A stretch of 64,000 nt of DNA, taken from assembly GCA_023231475.1 (NCBI GenBank), contig JALJEE010001112.1, forward strand, positions 1 through 64,000, in the 5' to 3' direction. Numbering within the stretch: the stretch's first letter is position 1; the number at the start of each line of letters is the position of its first letter. Source of the stretch: Seison nebaliae (taxonomy: Eukaryota). Made by a program: the position numbers and the translations under genes. Positions 30,090-45,165 of the stretch are shown here, piece after piece. A model generated the notes under the pieces. It did not search any database and was not told where the DNA came from. It saw only the letters and a list, made by a program, of their open reading frames with translations.

Positions 30090-30629
30090 TTGCGAGTGAT
30101 GGATGAAGTGGAATCATGTACTATGTCGAGATGTGTCAACGAAAATTTTGTAATTCGTTTTCTAACTAATTCATCATCATCTAATCTATTCACTTCTTAA
30201 CGTGTTTGTTTAAACGAATCATTCATCTATCGAATCAGGTCACCTTTATTACATTGATAATCCCTACCTGGTATTATCAGGAGAATCAGCCAATTTGACA
30301 GTTGACAGTTTATCTCTCGTCTCTATCTAAATAAAAGATGTTTCTTCCATTCCATTCCTCTCTCTCTCACTTGCTGTTTCCTTTCTTTAATTTTCTTGGT
30401 TTTTCCTTTTCGGATTCGATGATTGGAAGAAGTTTTATTTTGAAATTGTTTATTATTATTGTTAAATCAAAGAAGAGTCATTTATGGAAAATAATTTTTC
30501 ATCAAAATAATCAACATGGTTTGAAAGAAAGATAAACGGAAGATAGATATTTATTGAGAAAGTTATTGAATAGAAATAATTCTTCGGAGATATCTGCCGT
30601 TCATATGAGTGAGAGATAATGGAAGATAT

Positions 30630-32379
30630 TTAGAGACCATATTTCTTATTCCAATCCGTTGTCAATCGTTTGCCACTTAAACGATTGAAATCTAACGAAT
30701 CCAAATTGTTATTGCGAAGAACAGACGGTTGATATGATGTTACAGGTTCTAATTTCTTTGTTTGGAATGGAACAGTCAAAGGAGAAAAGTTCTGTCCATA
30801 ATCCGTTTTGTTCTTATGACTATCCTGCTTGGGATGATACTTCGAATGTCTCGTATAATAATCGGCTGCTTGATTCTTGATACCGGATGATTTTCGAAAG
30901 ATACTATCTCGTCGATGAGATGGTGACGTATGATCATTATAGAAAGAATTATTCTCGTTATATATCGATTTAAATGATTCTTTCTTTTTCAAGGAATTTT
31001 TCCGTTTCGACGGATAATCCGAATTACTTAAATCAAACAAATTTGTTGCGTAATTTGATGAATAATTACTCTCCTTCTTCTTCAATAAACCAATATTGTT
31101 GTTATTATTATTGTTGTTGTTATTCGTTAGTTTGGGTAAATCGATTAGGTGTTTGGAGTCACGTCTCGTCGGTTCCCATTTGGGTTTTTTCGAATTCTCA
31201 TCATTAAACAAATCATTATAGAAATCGAAAGTATCAATCGGTTTCTTCGTTTCTTTTTCCGTCGAGAAGATGTCGTTGGAGAGTATTGAATCATTCTTAT
31301 GTAGATTGGAACTGTGATAAGACGTAAAATTATTTTTAAATTTTGACGTTTCATTTTTCGTTGAGGGAATATTATTGAATTGATCGTTTAAATAAAGTTT
31401 CTTAACCGATTCTTTCCTCTCCAATTGCATTGGAGCTCTCTTCGCCGAATATCCATTCTCTACACTAAAATAATCGTGATTTAATAAGTTTGCACAAGAT
31501 GGTCGTTGTTTCGGATTCCAATATAACATCTGATCTATACAATCGATCGCTGCATGATTCCCATTCTTTACAATACCTTTCATCGTCGTTCCACCACAAA
31601 CTGGCCAACGATAACCCATTTTGGTAGCTAAAGTATATCCTTCTTCCCATTGTGATCGTTGTGGAGTTCCCATCACATCACAAATTTTGAAGAGTTGGTC
31701 TATCTCACTATTACCGGGGAATAAAGCTCGCAACAAATACAATTCCACCATAATACAACCAACCGCCCAAATATCGATTGGGGAATTGTAATTTGGTGAT
31801 TTTAATAATATTTCCGGTGCTCGATACCATCTTGTGGAAACATATTCGGTATATGGAGGTGCCGATCGAATTTCTCTTGCTAAACCGAAATCGGCAATTT
31901 TTATTTGTTCGGGACCATTACAAAGAATATTCTCCGGTTTGAGATCACGATGAAAATATCCTTTCTGATGAATGAATCCCAGTCCTTGGAGAACTTGATA
32001 AATTATATTTCTTATCGTTACTTCAGGAAAAATGGATTTTCTCTTTTTCATCAATTCATATAAATTTTCAGGCATATACTCGAAAACCATAAACAAATGA
32101 TTATTATGTCTCATTGCTTCCTTCAATTTGATGACATTAGCATGCTACAATTTAAAATAATTACAAATCTAATTTACAAATGAATTTGAGAGAAATTTGA
32201 ACTTTTCTTATTTTTTTTAAAGATTTGATTTCTCTCAAATTTTCACATTCACTCCAGGAATGATAATGTTTCTTCATTTTCTTTATTGCAACTTTCTCAT
32301 TCGTTTCTACATTAACGGCCAATAAGACGTTGCCATATGTCCCATCACCAATTTGTGTTTGTAGTGTATAATTCTCCAT
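30630..32379 (-). CDS. MAK: MAK/ICK (CILK1)-family Ser/Thr kinase, 2 exons
   Basis: [57 protein letters not shown], terminal TDWNKKYG. Confidence 0.9.
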
Positions 32380-33832
32380 TGTTGCGTCTAGATATTGGGG
32401 AGGGTCGGAAATATGAAATTTTTTTAAAGAATTTGCATTGATCGTTTATGACTCCGACTGATGATATTCACATGAAAATAAATGATCTATAATGGAATAA
32501 AGATAATTTTTTAATTATAATATCTTATCTAGCGATGTAAATAAAGATGGTCAATTGTCGAATTGTTTTTTCCGTTATATCAACCGAATATAAAATTTTA
32601 ATGATGAAATGAAATTCTCGTCCATTTTTTTTTGAGAAACTATCGTTAATTCGTGATTCCACAAATGAGAAATCAAAAACTGAAAAATATTTGTCTTTAT
32701 TCTCTTCTCCACTTCCTCATATCATCATCATCTCCATCGTCGTCGATGTGTTCTCCCTCGTCGCTAATGGATGAGAGAGAGTGCATATAAAAGAATTTAG
32801 GTTATTCAAATTATTTCATAATCATCTCTGATGATCACACAATTCTTTCTTTTCTCACAAGACATTTCTCTCAAATGATATTTCCATTACAACTCTACAC
32901 ATAGACAAGCACGCACCTCCGCAGACTATCTCCTGCGTAACAGTGTGGGAGAAGATAATGTATATAAATTTCTGGCGAATAAATATTTACCGATTTCATG
33001 TATATCGATGCTTTAATGGACTCGACTCCAATATATATATATCAAACTGAATATCATCTAATACTTTTGTCGTTGTCCTCTGCTCTCTCTCTCTCTCCCT
33101 TTTTTCTATTTAGTTCGCTCACTAATTATATGAAAATAAAGTTGAAATGCTATTGTCCACAGTTACCAATAATGATGGCTGTTGTCATGGCAACTTGGTG
33201 ACATTAGCTTTCTTTTTAATTTTTTACTTTATACAGAAGATATATACTTATACCACACTCTTCCGTTTAATCTTCCAATTAATCTCATAATCCATTTCCA
33301 GTTTGAAGAAATATTGTTGGGAATTAAAGTTTCAAGTGCTACGTCGAATAAAACTCCAATTTATTAATATCGTCCACTTCAGTCCCAATAATTTCATATA
33401 TAACTAACAATTGAATTTAAACTTTAAATCGTATTCTAAACTCTAACAAACGACTACGCTGTCAAGTATCCAACTAACACCCAACTCACACCTTGTTCTC
33501 AATATATTTCTATAAGTTTTTCATACTCAGTTTATGAGACTTATAATTCAGGTAATATATTAGTCTAATTAATTAAGTATAAGTTGAATTACATAAGTTT
33601 ATGATGATATTCGTAACCATAAGATAATAATTTGGGAAAAATAGAATTTCTGATCGAAAACTAACGATGACGTTCCATAAGAAAAAATTCATAAGATGAA
33701 TTTATTGAAGAAAAAAAACAATAAAGAAAATTTTAAATTGTTTTTGAAAAATTAGTTTATGTTCGATGCAATTCCGTTTAGGAAATTCTGTGATTTTATA
33801 AGACAGTTGTATCAAGAAAGTGGTGTGGGAGA

Positions 33833-34856
33833 ATGTTATCTAAATGTTTGAGATTTATTCCCCGACATAATCTCATCATTCAACGGATGAAGAGTTCGAC
33901 AGATTTAAGTCATTTGAAATGGTATCAGAAACTCGTTCATCCAAAACATCGATGGAAAACTTCTTTAGTTGGTATGGCACTATATTTGGGATTGAGTGGT
34001 AGTGTCATCATTTGGTCATGGGGAAGTCCTCATTATGATGAGAAAGGACAGGAAATTATGGATATGTACACGGACAGTGGAGTGTTGATGTCTCGTGTTC
34101 ATCGGACGGCGAATGAAGTTCGTCGATATATCGATGATATTCAAGCACCATCATCTCAAAAATTACTTCCCGATGAATTGAAGCCGCCATATACTCAACC
34201 GAAATACACTTTAATTATCGAGCCGAAACATTTGCTCATCGAACCGAAATGGTCTGCGGCTCAAGGTTGGCGACATCGAAAACGAGCATATGTCGACGAA
34301 TTTTTGAAGGCTGTTGGTTATCCTGAATTCGAAGTCGTTTTCTTCACTGACGAACCGATGATGAGTGGGCGGAATGCGATTCATGCATTAAATGAACAAT
34401 CACACGCAGCAATTGCTGATCTTTATCGGGAAAGTACTCGATATATCAATGGATCACATGTGAAAGATTTGGATTGTATTAATAGAGATCCATCAAAAGT
34501 TATCGTTTTGGATGTGAACGAAAAGAATTTCCAATTACATTCCCGTAATGGACTAAAACGTCTACCTGAATGGACAGATAATCCGAACGATAGAACTCTT
34601 TTAGTTCTCGCTGCATTTTTGAAAAGTTTTAAATATTTTTTTTTATTTTAAATTAAATAATTAATTTCTCCAATTTCCAGTGATTCAAAAAGATGATTTA
34701 GATGTGAGAACTGTTTTGGATTATTATAATAAAGAAGTTGATCCTCTCCAATCATTCGAGGAACTTTTAAGGAAGAGGAAACAACACTTCTCTCAAACTC
34801 AACAAAAACAACAACAATCGAAATCTTTCAACTTTTTTTCCGCAAATAAAAATTGA
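33833..34856 (+). CDS. TIMM50: Mitochondrial import translocase TIM50, 2 exons
   Basis: Presequence-like N-terminus, TM, PSSQKLLPDELKPPYTQPKYTL, GWRHRKR, HVKDLDCINRDPSKVI, DVRTVLDYY. Confidence 0.9.
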
Positions 34857-34989
34857 TTAATCACATTTCAATCGATCATTAATTTGGTTGAGGAATTATA
34901 TGTAGAAAATTATTTTCTTAAAGACAATTTAAAAGAAATAAGAATTTTATCTAATTTTAAATGGACTGTCAATATTTCTCAACTAAAAT

Positions 34990-35238
34990 TTATCGACGAT
35001 GTTTAAGCCTTTGAATTACAGTACATAATCTTTCATTCATCATCATGATTGGACGGAAAATCCAAATTTCTTCCTTCGCTATCTGTAAGTGACGAGAAAC
35101 GACGAGTGCCACGAAATACGAATTCAATATGATGAATCGAGGTAGTAGTTGACGTGGATGGAAAAGTAATTTGAAAATTCCGTATAAAAGGAGAAGAACG
35201 AATATCACATTCACAGTAATCTTCTTCGAATCTTCCAT
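34990..35238 (-). CDS. Possible small hydrophobic protein (82 aa)
   Basis: ATG-initiated ORF with an N-terminal hydrophobic stretch; could instead be 3' UTR of the upstream gene. Confidence 0.25.
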   Translation of the reverse strand: MEDSKKITVNVIFVLLLLYGIFKLLFHPRQLLPRFIILNSYFVALVVSRHLQIAKEEIWIFRPIMMMNERLCTVIQRLKHRR

Positions 35239-35593
35239 TCTTTAATCGTCACTAATAATAACTGGAATGAGATGGATGGAACGATAATCAAAACTTGTAA
35301 ACTAATAGAGAAAATTAACAAAATAGAAACTTTGTTAAAATGAAAAAAAAAGACAAATAGAAAACAAAATGAAACGAAGAAATAGTTTTGTTTGAGGAAA
35401 TGAGAAGAATAAAATATTCTCATTTTCACATTCTCCAAAAAAAGAAAAAGAAAAATTATCAAACGATAATTATTTTTAGGGGGGAAAACATCAAAAATTT
35501 TATTATTCGTCAAATAAAATTTTCAAATATTCTTATTTCAAGCGTACAGTTCACAATGTTGTTGTTGTTTTTTTTTTGTTGTTCTTGTTGTTG

Positions 35594-38500
35594 TTAACCG
35601 GATAATAATCGTCGACGTTTTTCACCGATCTGCGAGAGACGTTTCGATGGAATGATTGTATATGGATCATTTATCGCATATTTCTCCGCCATATTTCGAT
35701 TTTCATCGTTGTAATAATAATCGTCTTCTTCTCCGTCGTCATCATCGTCGTCGTCATCACTGAATTGATTGCAATGGATTTTCTGATCGAGATATTTGTT
35801 CGTATTGAAATATTTCATTTCCTCTTCACTGAACGAATTGTAAGATCGACGTTTACGTGATGGAGATACTTTCAACGAATCTGACAAATTCATTTTCTTC
35901 AATTGATTCGATGGTGAAATGTCGTCATTTAATTTATTCTCTTGATTTTCGTTCTCTATTACCATCTCAATTTTTCGATTGATGGTGAGCGAAGAAAGAG
36001 AGTTGGTAGTTTTTGTATTACGGAATTCTTGTCCGATATGATAGTCATTGAAACATATATCATCTAACGCTTGTTGGATGACAGGTGGAATGGTTCGTTT
36101 ATAATAATTCAAATCTTTCATGTTAGTTGATGTAATGGAAGCATTTGATCGATTCTTAACAGAATTATTCAATCTATCATTCGATTTCTTCTGATGAGAT
36201 GATCGTTGAGACGATCTCTCTACTTTAATTTCATTTATTGCTCCAGTTGATATCGATGCTTTAACTGCTCTCGTATTGGAAACTCGATTAATTCTCTTTG
36301 TACTTTTTACTCGTCTATTTCGAGTTCGATTAACTGTCGAAGAAGATGGTAAATGAACAGATTTTATTACCCTATTCTTCTGCTCATCATTCTCCTTATC
36401 ATTCTCCATCACATCATCAATCACAACATCTGTGTTGTTGTTATTATTGAGATTTCCATTTTCCATTGGATTTGATTTGACTATAATTGTTGTAGTATTA
36501 ACGATATTTGTGATGGTATTAGTTGATTGGACATTTGTCTCATCATTTCCTATTATATTTTCCTCATTATCTTCTTCTTCTTCTTTTTCTTGTTGTTGTT
36601 GTTGTTCATTGATATGATTGTCTTGATGATTGATTTCGGGAGTGAGAGAATTATTTTCATTTTTCTCTTTTTGATATTTCATTAGAGATTGTCCAATAAG
36701 TAACGTTTTCAAAATATTCTCATTTTTCTTCTTTTTTTCATTCTCTAATCGTTTTCGTTGTCGTCGTTCACGATCTCGTTCTCGTCTTCGTTCTCTCTTT
36801 TTCTTCTCTTTCAACAATTTCTCATCTTCTACATCCATTATCATATCATGATTAGCTAATTCTTGTCCATTCTGTTCCATTATACGATAGAATTGTTTCA
36901 CCATCGCTTCTGGATCATCATCTTCATCAACTTCGACTTTTGTCTCCTGTTCTTCCTCTTCCATTCTCATACTAATCTGTTGCTCTTCTTCTTCCACTTT
37001 ATTCTTTTTAACATTTTTTTTAGTCGTTTTTCGTTTTCTCATCTTCTTTTTCGGCTCTTCAATTTTCTTCATTTTCTCCTCCTCATTTATCTTGTTCGAA
37101 TGTAATTTGGAGAGATTGAATCGAAGTTTAATTGGGGGACAAAGACGTTTATCCTCTTCAATTGTTGGACCATTTAACGATTGTCCATCCATCAATTCAT
37201 CAATTGGCAATTTATGTTTTCGTTTCTCAACAAAATCTTCATCCGACGATGAATCTGAAAGAAATTTCTTCAATGATTGACTCAATTCTTGACCATCATT
37301 CACTTCATCATCAATAATCGATTTGTCTTGTTTATTTGGAAAGAAAACTTCGTTGAATTGAGATAAATCACCAGTAGATATGTCATTCTCATCTTCATAC
37401 GTATCCATCAATAATTTCTCATTGTCCATTTGGAAAGTGATGAGATCTTTTGATACTCGCCATAATTGAGCGGCACTTGCCACTGAATGACATTGATGGA
37501 ATGCACTCATCGATCCAGATGATGATGGTAATCGAGAAGAACGAGCAGATGATTCGTTTGATGATGCATTGGAGGAAGAAAGACCCAACATATTATCAGG
37601 ATGATATGGTGAAGTTAAAGGAAGATTTGTATTCGATTTCTCCTTCTTATAAGCACGATGAATATTCCTACTAACTTGTAATGCATCCAATTGGAGAATA
37701 CCTTGTTCACTACAATTATCTTCCACAGTTCCATTCTTATAATGTTGATGACAACAAAATGATTTGACATCAAACACATTCCGACACAACGAACATTGAA
37801 TACATTTCGATTTGAGATTCTTGTATTGATTCGAATTGATCATTCCTTTTGTCAATAACAAATTTCCTTCATTATTATCAAATGTTCGAATACCATCTAA
37901 CGGTAATTGAGTGAGTGCATGAAAGATTGGGAGAACGATATCATTCCTATCACATTTCCTCAATTCAATGAAAATTTCCTCTTCATAAACTTTCAATTTT
38001 TCCACCATTTTCTTCCGTTCTTCTGCTTCCTCTTCTGCCATCTTCTCCTGACGTCTTTTCTCTTCAGCGATCTGTTCTGGTGTTTGTTTTGGTCTTATAT
38101 GAATTTTCATCTTCAAATTACACAATTCAACACTCTGAACTGCCAATGACGACACGTCTAATGAAGATACGAATTTGGATGGAACTTGTGACGTTTCCGT
38201 CATCGACGATGTTGATATTTCTATCATTGCTGCTGGTGCTAAAAAATTTGAATTTGAATAAATTTCAAAAAATTTAAAATAATATCAACCTTTCAATGTT
38301 GTTGTTGTTGTTGTGGGTGATTCGACTTCATATTCTGTCACTTTCGGTGAGAATTTTACTTCTTGTTTCTTTCTCCCATTTTTTCGACGACGTTTCTCAC
38401 CATTCTTCCCCTCTACCAAACTACTCATCGTACTCACCATCGTTGTTGTTGTTGTTGTGGTTGTTGATGTAATTGTGGTTGTGATAGTAGAATCAATTCT

Positions 38501-39960
38501 CGTTAATGGCGATTTGTCTATAGAAGAAGGATTTTTGATGGAATTGATAATTTTCGACATTCGATTTTGTTGCGATTGTCGTCGTTGCTCTTTCGTCTGC
38601 ATGTTCACTGCCGCGTCACTACCATTGGACGAGATGGCAGAGAACGTCGAGGATAATGTAGAATTCTTGTTGATGAATCTATTTTGGAGATAGTACAACA
38701 ACGTCTGCCGAATTCGATCATTAGTTACATCATCGATCTCGTCCATTCTCAATAATTGACCGCACTCGTCGTCTTCTGTTGATAGAAGGAGGTGCAAATC
38801 AATTGCACGAATACAACTTATAGACTTATTTGAATGAGAAGTCAAAGGATTGGAATATTGGAAATGAGAAAGCACTAAAGACTCTAATTCGTATTGTTTT
38901 ATATTCAATTTTTCAATTTTTGATCGAATTTCATTGGTCGAAAGGAACAACGGGTCGAAACTCTCCCACTTCAAACAGCATTGTGCCACATCAACTAATC
39001 GCACAACTGTCGTTCGTCGAGTCGACTCAGTTTGTTGAGCGCACATTTTCATATGAACCGCCGGTAACAACATCGGTAATCCAACATCAAACCAAGTGAT
39101 ATCTTGATCATTAGAGAGAGAAGGAATATTGAAAATTCGATCGAATTGTTTCAATTTCTCTTCAAATTTTTGCGAATTCGAATAATTATTCGTCAAATTC
39201 GAATTTCTTATTTCCACAATAATATCATCAAACTCTTTCTGCATTTCTTTCGATGGTTCTCCATTGTCTTTCTTTTTTGATTGTCGATTATATGAATCGT
39301 GATAATTCATCGGATTTTGATTGACTTCTTTCTGCAAATCATTCGCCAATTGTTCAATGAGAATTTGTTCATCATCTTTCCTCTCCAACAAATCGACATT
39401 TGAATGAGAATTTGATAAAATCATCGTTTCATCCACATCAGTCTCTTCTTTCTCACTATCCGAAAAGAGAAGTGATGATGTTATTAAACTTGACTCGATT
39501 GGAGGATTCAATAAATCACTGCGAATTGTCGTCGATTTCCTTTTTGTTAACAATTCGGATTTATTCTCTTTTTTCCCCACCAAATCCTTGGAAATGATTC
39601 CGTTTGATGGTTTATGATCGTTCTTATTCATTCTCTCCTTTCCAATTATTGTCTCTTTCGATATCGATTGTTCTTTAATTATCGTTTCTTCCCGTTTCTT
39701 CATTTCGTCATTATCATCGTCGAGAATATCTCCAATGTCCGACATCAAATATTGGAAATCTTCATAAATCTTATTTGTGGAACTATTTTCACTTATCAAG
39801 TTGTCATTGATACCGGACGTCATCACATTCATCGAATTATCGAACGACGGTAAATTGAACATCAAATCGAAATTATTATCCAAACCGTTTGAAAGGATAT
39901 TATTATCATTTGTATTATTGGAGAGATTTAAATCATTCAATTTTGATGATGCAAATTGAA

Positions 39961-40033
<73 letters not shown>

Positions 40034-40888
40034 ATTTTTGGAAGATGAATTTAAGAGAGTTGATGTTGTTTTAATCGATTTCATCATTTCAGATGAATCG
40101 TGAAAAGATGATGAAGTCGAAGGAATATTTTGCCTCAACTTTTCCCGACCAGAAAACGGTATAAAATTATTACCATAATCATTCAATTTCGATTTCGCTG
40201 TTCCAGATGATGAATATGGTGAACTTCTGCTATTTCCCCTCATACTAAACGAACGATTTATTTGCTGAGAATTGAGTTGTTGTTGTTGATGTTGTTTGAA
40301 TGAATCGACATTTCTTAATGTGCCACCATTGATTGATGTGGTGGATTGATGAAAAATGTTATTTTTATTTTGAAATCCTCCACCTCCTCCCATCGGTGGT
40401 TGTGTACGACGAGACGATGAATATCGTCGATCCGTCTCATATTTACATAAGTGACTTTTCCCCGAACTATTCAGAGTAGTCGAAGGAATGAAATTGTTGA
40501 AATCTTTCGAACTCGACGACTGATCATTTGACACTATACAACGTGACGGAATATTCTTGGAGGAAGAAACGGATGAATTCCTCATCACTCTCAATGACAT
40601 CAAATCGTTCTTCTCCTTTTTCGTATCCGTCGACGAAATGATCGACGTCTTCATCGACGTCACTCCCAACATCCTTGTTATTGTCGAGGATGTTGGACAT
40701 GTTGTCACAATATTATTGATAGATATCGGAGTTGTTGTTGTCGAACTTTGCCGATGAACAAATAAAAGATTTTTATTTGTTATTGTTGTTGATGAATGAT
40801 GTAAGCCAACATTTTCATTTATTTTCAAATTATTTGACTTCTTTTTTTGAAAATTTGAATGACGAATATTTAATAGATCATTCGTCAT
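35594..40888 (-). CDS. Large (about 1750 aa) low-complexity protein with divergent Ski/Sno-like domains, 2 exons
   Basis: The 867-aa and 877-aa ORFs are joined by a short phase-1 GTT..TAG intron (about 38240-38289); KGMINSNQYKNLKSKCIQCSLCRNVFDVKSFCCHQH resembles the Ski SMAD4-binding zinc motif. Confidence 0.6.
39961..40036. repeat. Compound (ATT)n(GTT)n microsatellite encoding a run of about 25 Asn
   Basis: Seen directly within the Ski-like CDS. Confidence 0.95.
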
Positions 40889-42026
40889 AATTTGATTTAA
40901 TTAAGATGATTACTAGCTATAATTGCTAATAGTAATTAATTGAGGGACATATATAATTATACGTATTTATTCTTCAATGATTAGTCGATGAAAGAACATA
41001 TTATTCTTATTATTACTCTTTACAAAATGAGTCTGAAGAAATAAGAGAAAATAATTAATAAATTTAATTATTCTTATCAAATAATTATCGGCAATTACAT
41101 AGTTAAATTTATTGTCTATGGAAGAGAGACAGAGAGTGAGAGAGAATAAATTTCGATAAGAAAAAATGTATTTATAAAAATTTTGACTAATCGAATTTTA
41201 TTTACACAGTAAAAGAAACTTTGGTTCGTTTCCTTCTCAATTTGACGTGTAGTTCTCTCTGTGGTGTGTGTATGTGTGTGTGAAAGTGTCTAATGAAAAT
41301 TTTACAGAAAATCTATTGTTCGGTCTCGTCTATTTAAGCTTATCCAACTGTTTATTTACTGGCCACGTATACCGAGGAGGAAGTGGATAGTACTAACGAA
41401 GCAACTAAATGAAAAGGAAGAATGAAGGTCATTCGACTACTCCACGTATGACCGTCGAAGTGTCTATCGAATCGAATCTCTTTCTCTTCTCACTCTCATT
41501 CGTTTTCATATAAGGAAAGTAAACAATAAAATTCTAGATAATTATCGCTTCACTTTCCACTCTGTCTTCCTCACACTCCACTTCTCTCTCTCTCTCTTCC
41601 TTTCTTCCTTAGTCCACTGCCTATCTTCAATTGTAATGTTGGAAAATAAGAAAAATATTCGAATGAAAAATAAAAAGAAAAAAATAAAGTAGTTTCCTTT
41701 TATTTTATATAAGTGCATGAGAAATCTTTTAACATTTCAATGTTGTAAATGAATCTGCTGTTCATGGATGCCAAATTGGGAGCATGTGTTGTCATTTAAT
41801 AGAGTGAAATGTACTATTAACAAATTTTATTAGGAAACAACCAATCTCTCATTTAAACTTCAAGCTTCGTCTTTGCACAACAATATCTCCCAATCTTCCA
41901 CGTCATTCGCTTATGGGAATGTATACGTGTAATCAGAATGAACACATTTCTCTCATAAGCGAACGATGATTCATATAAAGAACAGAATTTTTTCTTTCCA
42001 TTTCATTCTTTCTCCTCTCCAATTAT

Positions 42027-42611
<585 letters not shown>

Positions 42612-42731
42612 ATTGGAGATGGCATTGCATAATAAATTCAAATAAATGATTAAAAAAGAAGATAGAGTCTCCCAATAATTGGTTAAATGAATTGAGAGTT
42701 TTGAAAATGGAGCTTTATTCCAAAAAGGAGA

Positions 42732-43118
42732 ATGGAAGAACCAACTCTCAATTTCCATACGCGACTCAAGGCTGAACAGGCTTTGATCAACGAACAATAT
42801 TTAAGTTTTCTTCCTATAAATGTTTTCGTGAAAATTTCATTAATGAGGCAGGTCCGCACGAAGGTCAATGTGCTCGAACGAGAGAATGGCGTCGGCAAAA
42901 GATGGCGATTGGTTACCGATTTTTTTCTGCATAGAATTACATTGTTGAACTCAATTTATTGTCGTCTGGATGCAGAGCATGCTGATAAAGAAGAGGTACG
43001 TCTTCCATGGATTCAAATATCGTCGTTAATTAACAATGTGGAAGAAAACAAGAATAAATATAGATATAAGGAAGATGTAAAGATGAATGACAACGCCAAC
43101 ATTTTGAATTTCATTTAA
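42732..43118 (+). CDS. Hypothetical 128-aa protein, divergent from ferredoxin
   Basis: ATG-initiated intact ORF with coding-like composition; no motif recognised. Confidence 0.45.
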   Translation: MEEPTLNFHTRLKAEQALINEQYLSFLPINVFVKISLMRQVRTKVNVLERENGVGKRWRLVTDFFLHRITLLNSIYCRLDAEHADKEEVRLPWIQISSLINNVEENKNKYRYKEDVKMNDNANILNFI

Positions 43119-43686
43119 AATTTATATTTTCTCTTATTATCATAGAATGTTATTACGTTATATAATTTAAAATGTTTTTTAAAATAACATATTCAGTTGA
43201 TTGTACGCACTCTTTTGAATATTGCTTGTCTATTCAAGTTTGGCTCTTGTTGTGTCTTGTTGAAACATGTCTTATATTGCCATTCTATAAAATGGAAGTA
43301 CAGAGAGTATACAACACTATAAATTCAATGAATTCAATTTACATTTTCTATGACTAATAATTTTTCTTTATTGTTTTTCTTCTCAATCGACAATTCGTTT
43401 GGGTGTGAGGGATGGATGAAATCATTGTTTTTTCTTTCTTATTATTTTCTTTTATAAAAGAAGTTTATTATTCTTCCGTTCCGATAATCGTTCTTTTTTC
43501 CAATTGTTGATAAATCGATTAATTGACGATCAGATCTAATCTCAATTTATTTATTCATTCATTATTGTACTTTCGTGTCATTCTCTTTCCAAGAGAATTG
43601 ATAATAAATTTTTTTTCCGAACGATTCAAATAAAGATAAACAGTCCATCTCACTAATTCGTCTCTAAATTTTCTTCTGAAAAGATA

Positions 43687-45002
43687 ATGTCAACTTATCA
43701 TTCTCCTTCACATGTGAACGACGAAAATTGTCGTCCTCCATCACCCTCGACCATCTCCAAGTTAGATACGTACGCAAATCAAGATGATTCAAAGATTCCT
43801 TTAAAGAAATACTGTTCAGTTGAGTGTAGAGAAGATTTTGGCGATCTCACATTGACAAAAATGGCTTCTTTCAAGACAATCGATTCAACCGATCTCCAAA
43901 CGATAGAAGTAGCCAAAATTACGGAAGTGAAGGAAATAGAAGAGAAGAAATCAATCGAAACGGAACCATTAGAAAAGGAAGAAGAAGAAGAACCGTTATT
44001 GAAAGATAATCCTAATCGATTTGTCATGTTCCCTATCGAATATCATGACGTATGGAATTTTTATAAGAAAGCTGTGGCATCGTTCTGGACGACGGAGGAG
44101 GTTGATCTCAGTAAAGACATGAAAGATTGGGAGAAATTGAATGACAACGAAAAACATTTCATTAAACATGTTCTTGCTTTCTTTGCGGCGAGTGATGGAA
44201 TTGTGAACGAGAATTTGGCAGAAAGATTTATGAATGAAGTTCAAATACCGGAAGGTAGATGTTTTTATGGATTTCAGATAGCGATCGAGAATATTCATTC
44301 AGAAATGTATTCACTTCTCATCGATACATATATTAGAGATGCAGAAGAAAAGTTTCATTTTTTCCCCTCATAATTTCTTCATTTTCATGCAATTCTCTCA
44401 GATCACATCTACTTAATGCTATTTCGACAGTTGAGTGTGTGAAGAAGAAGGCTGAATGGGCATTGAAATGGATCGATGATGGTAATTCGAAATTCAGTGA
44501 AAGATTAATCGCTTTTGCAGCAGTTGAAGGTATTTTCTTTTCCGGAAGTTTTGCTGCCATTTTCTGGTTGAAGAAGAGAGGACTCATGCCAGGATTGACT
44601 TTTTCCAATGAATTGATTTCGAGAGATGAAGGTCTTCATACCGATTTCGCTTGTCTCCTTTTCCGTCATATTAAAAATCGTCCATCCGATGACCGAATCA
44701 TTCACATCATAAAAGATGCTGTTAAAATCGAACAAGAATTTCTAACAGACGCTCTACCAGTCAATCTGATCGGAATGAATTGTCAATTGATGAGAGAATA
44801 CATCGAATTCGTTGCCGATCGTCTCCTCATCGAATTGATCGGTCAGAAGATTTATAAGACGAAGAATCCATTCGATTTTATGGAATTAATATCATTGGAA
44901 GGAAAAACAAATTTTTTTGAGAAGAAAGTTGGCGAATATCAGAAATCCGGTGTAATGGCAAAACCAGCCGATCAAATCTTTTCTCTCGATGCTGACTTCT
45001 AA
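43687..45002 (+). CDS. RRM2: Ribonucleotide reductase small subunit, 2 exons
   Basis: [47 protein letters not shown], terminal FSLDADF. Confidence 0.97.
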
Positions 45003-45165
45003 TCATTTTTTTAATACATCTTATTAATTTCTCATCATTCCAGTCAGACAGAAATTGAGAGAACTTTCTTTCAACAATCACTTTTGAAATATCTTTCAAT
45101 TCATTTTTATTTTCTAATAATGTCCTTTAAATTACATACAAAATGATTCATCAATAAGGTAATTT

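Noticed and set aside
36432..40757. Numerous short ORFs antisense to real genes (poly-Cys, poly-Tyr, poly-Val)
   Set aside because: Shadows of low-complexity coding sequence on the opposite strand
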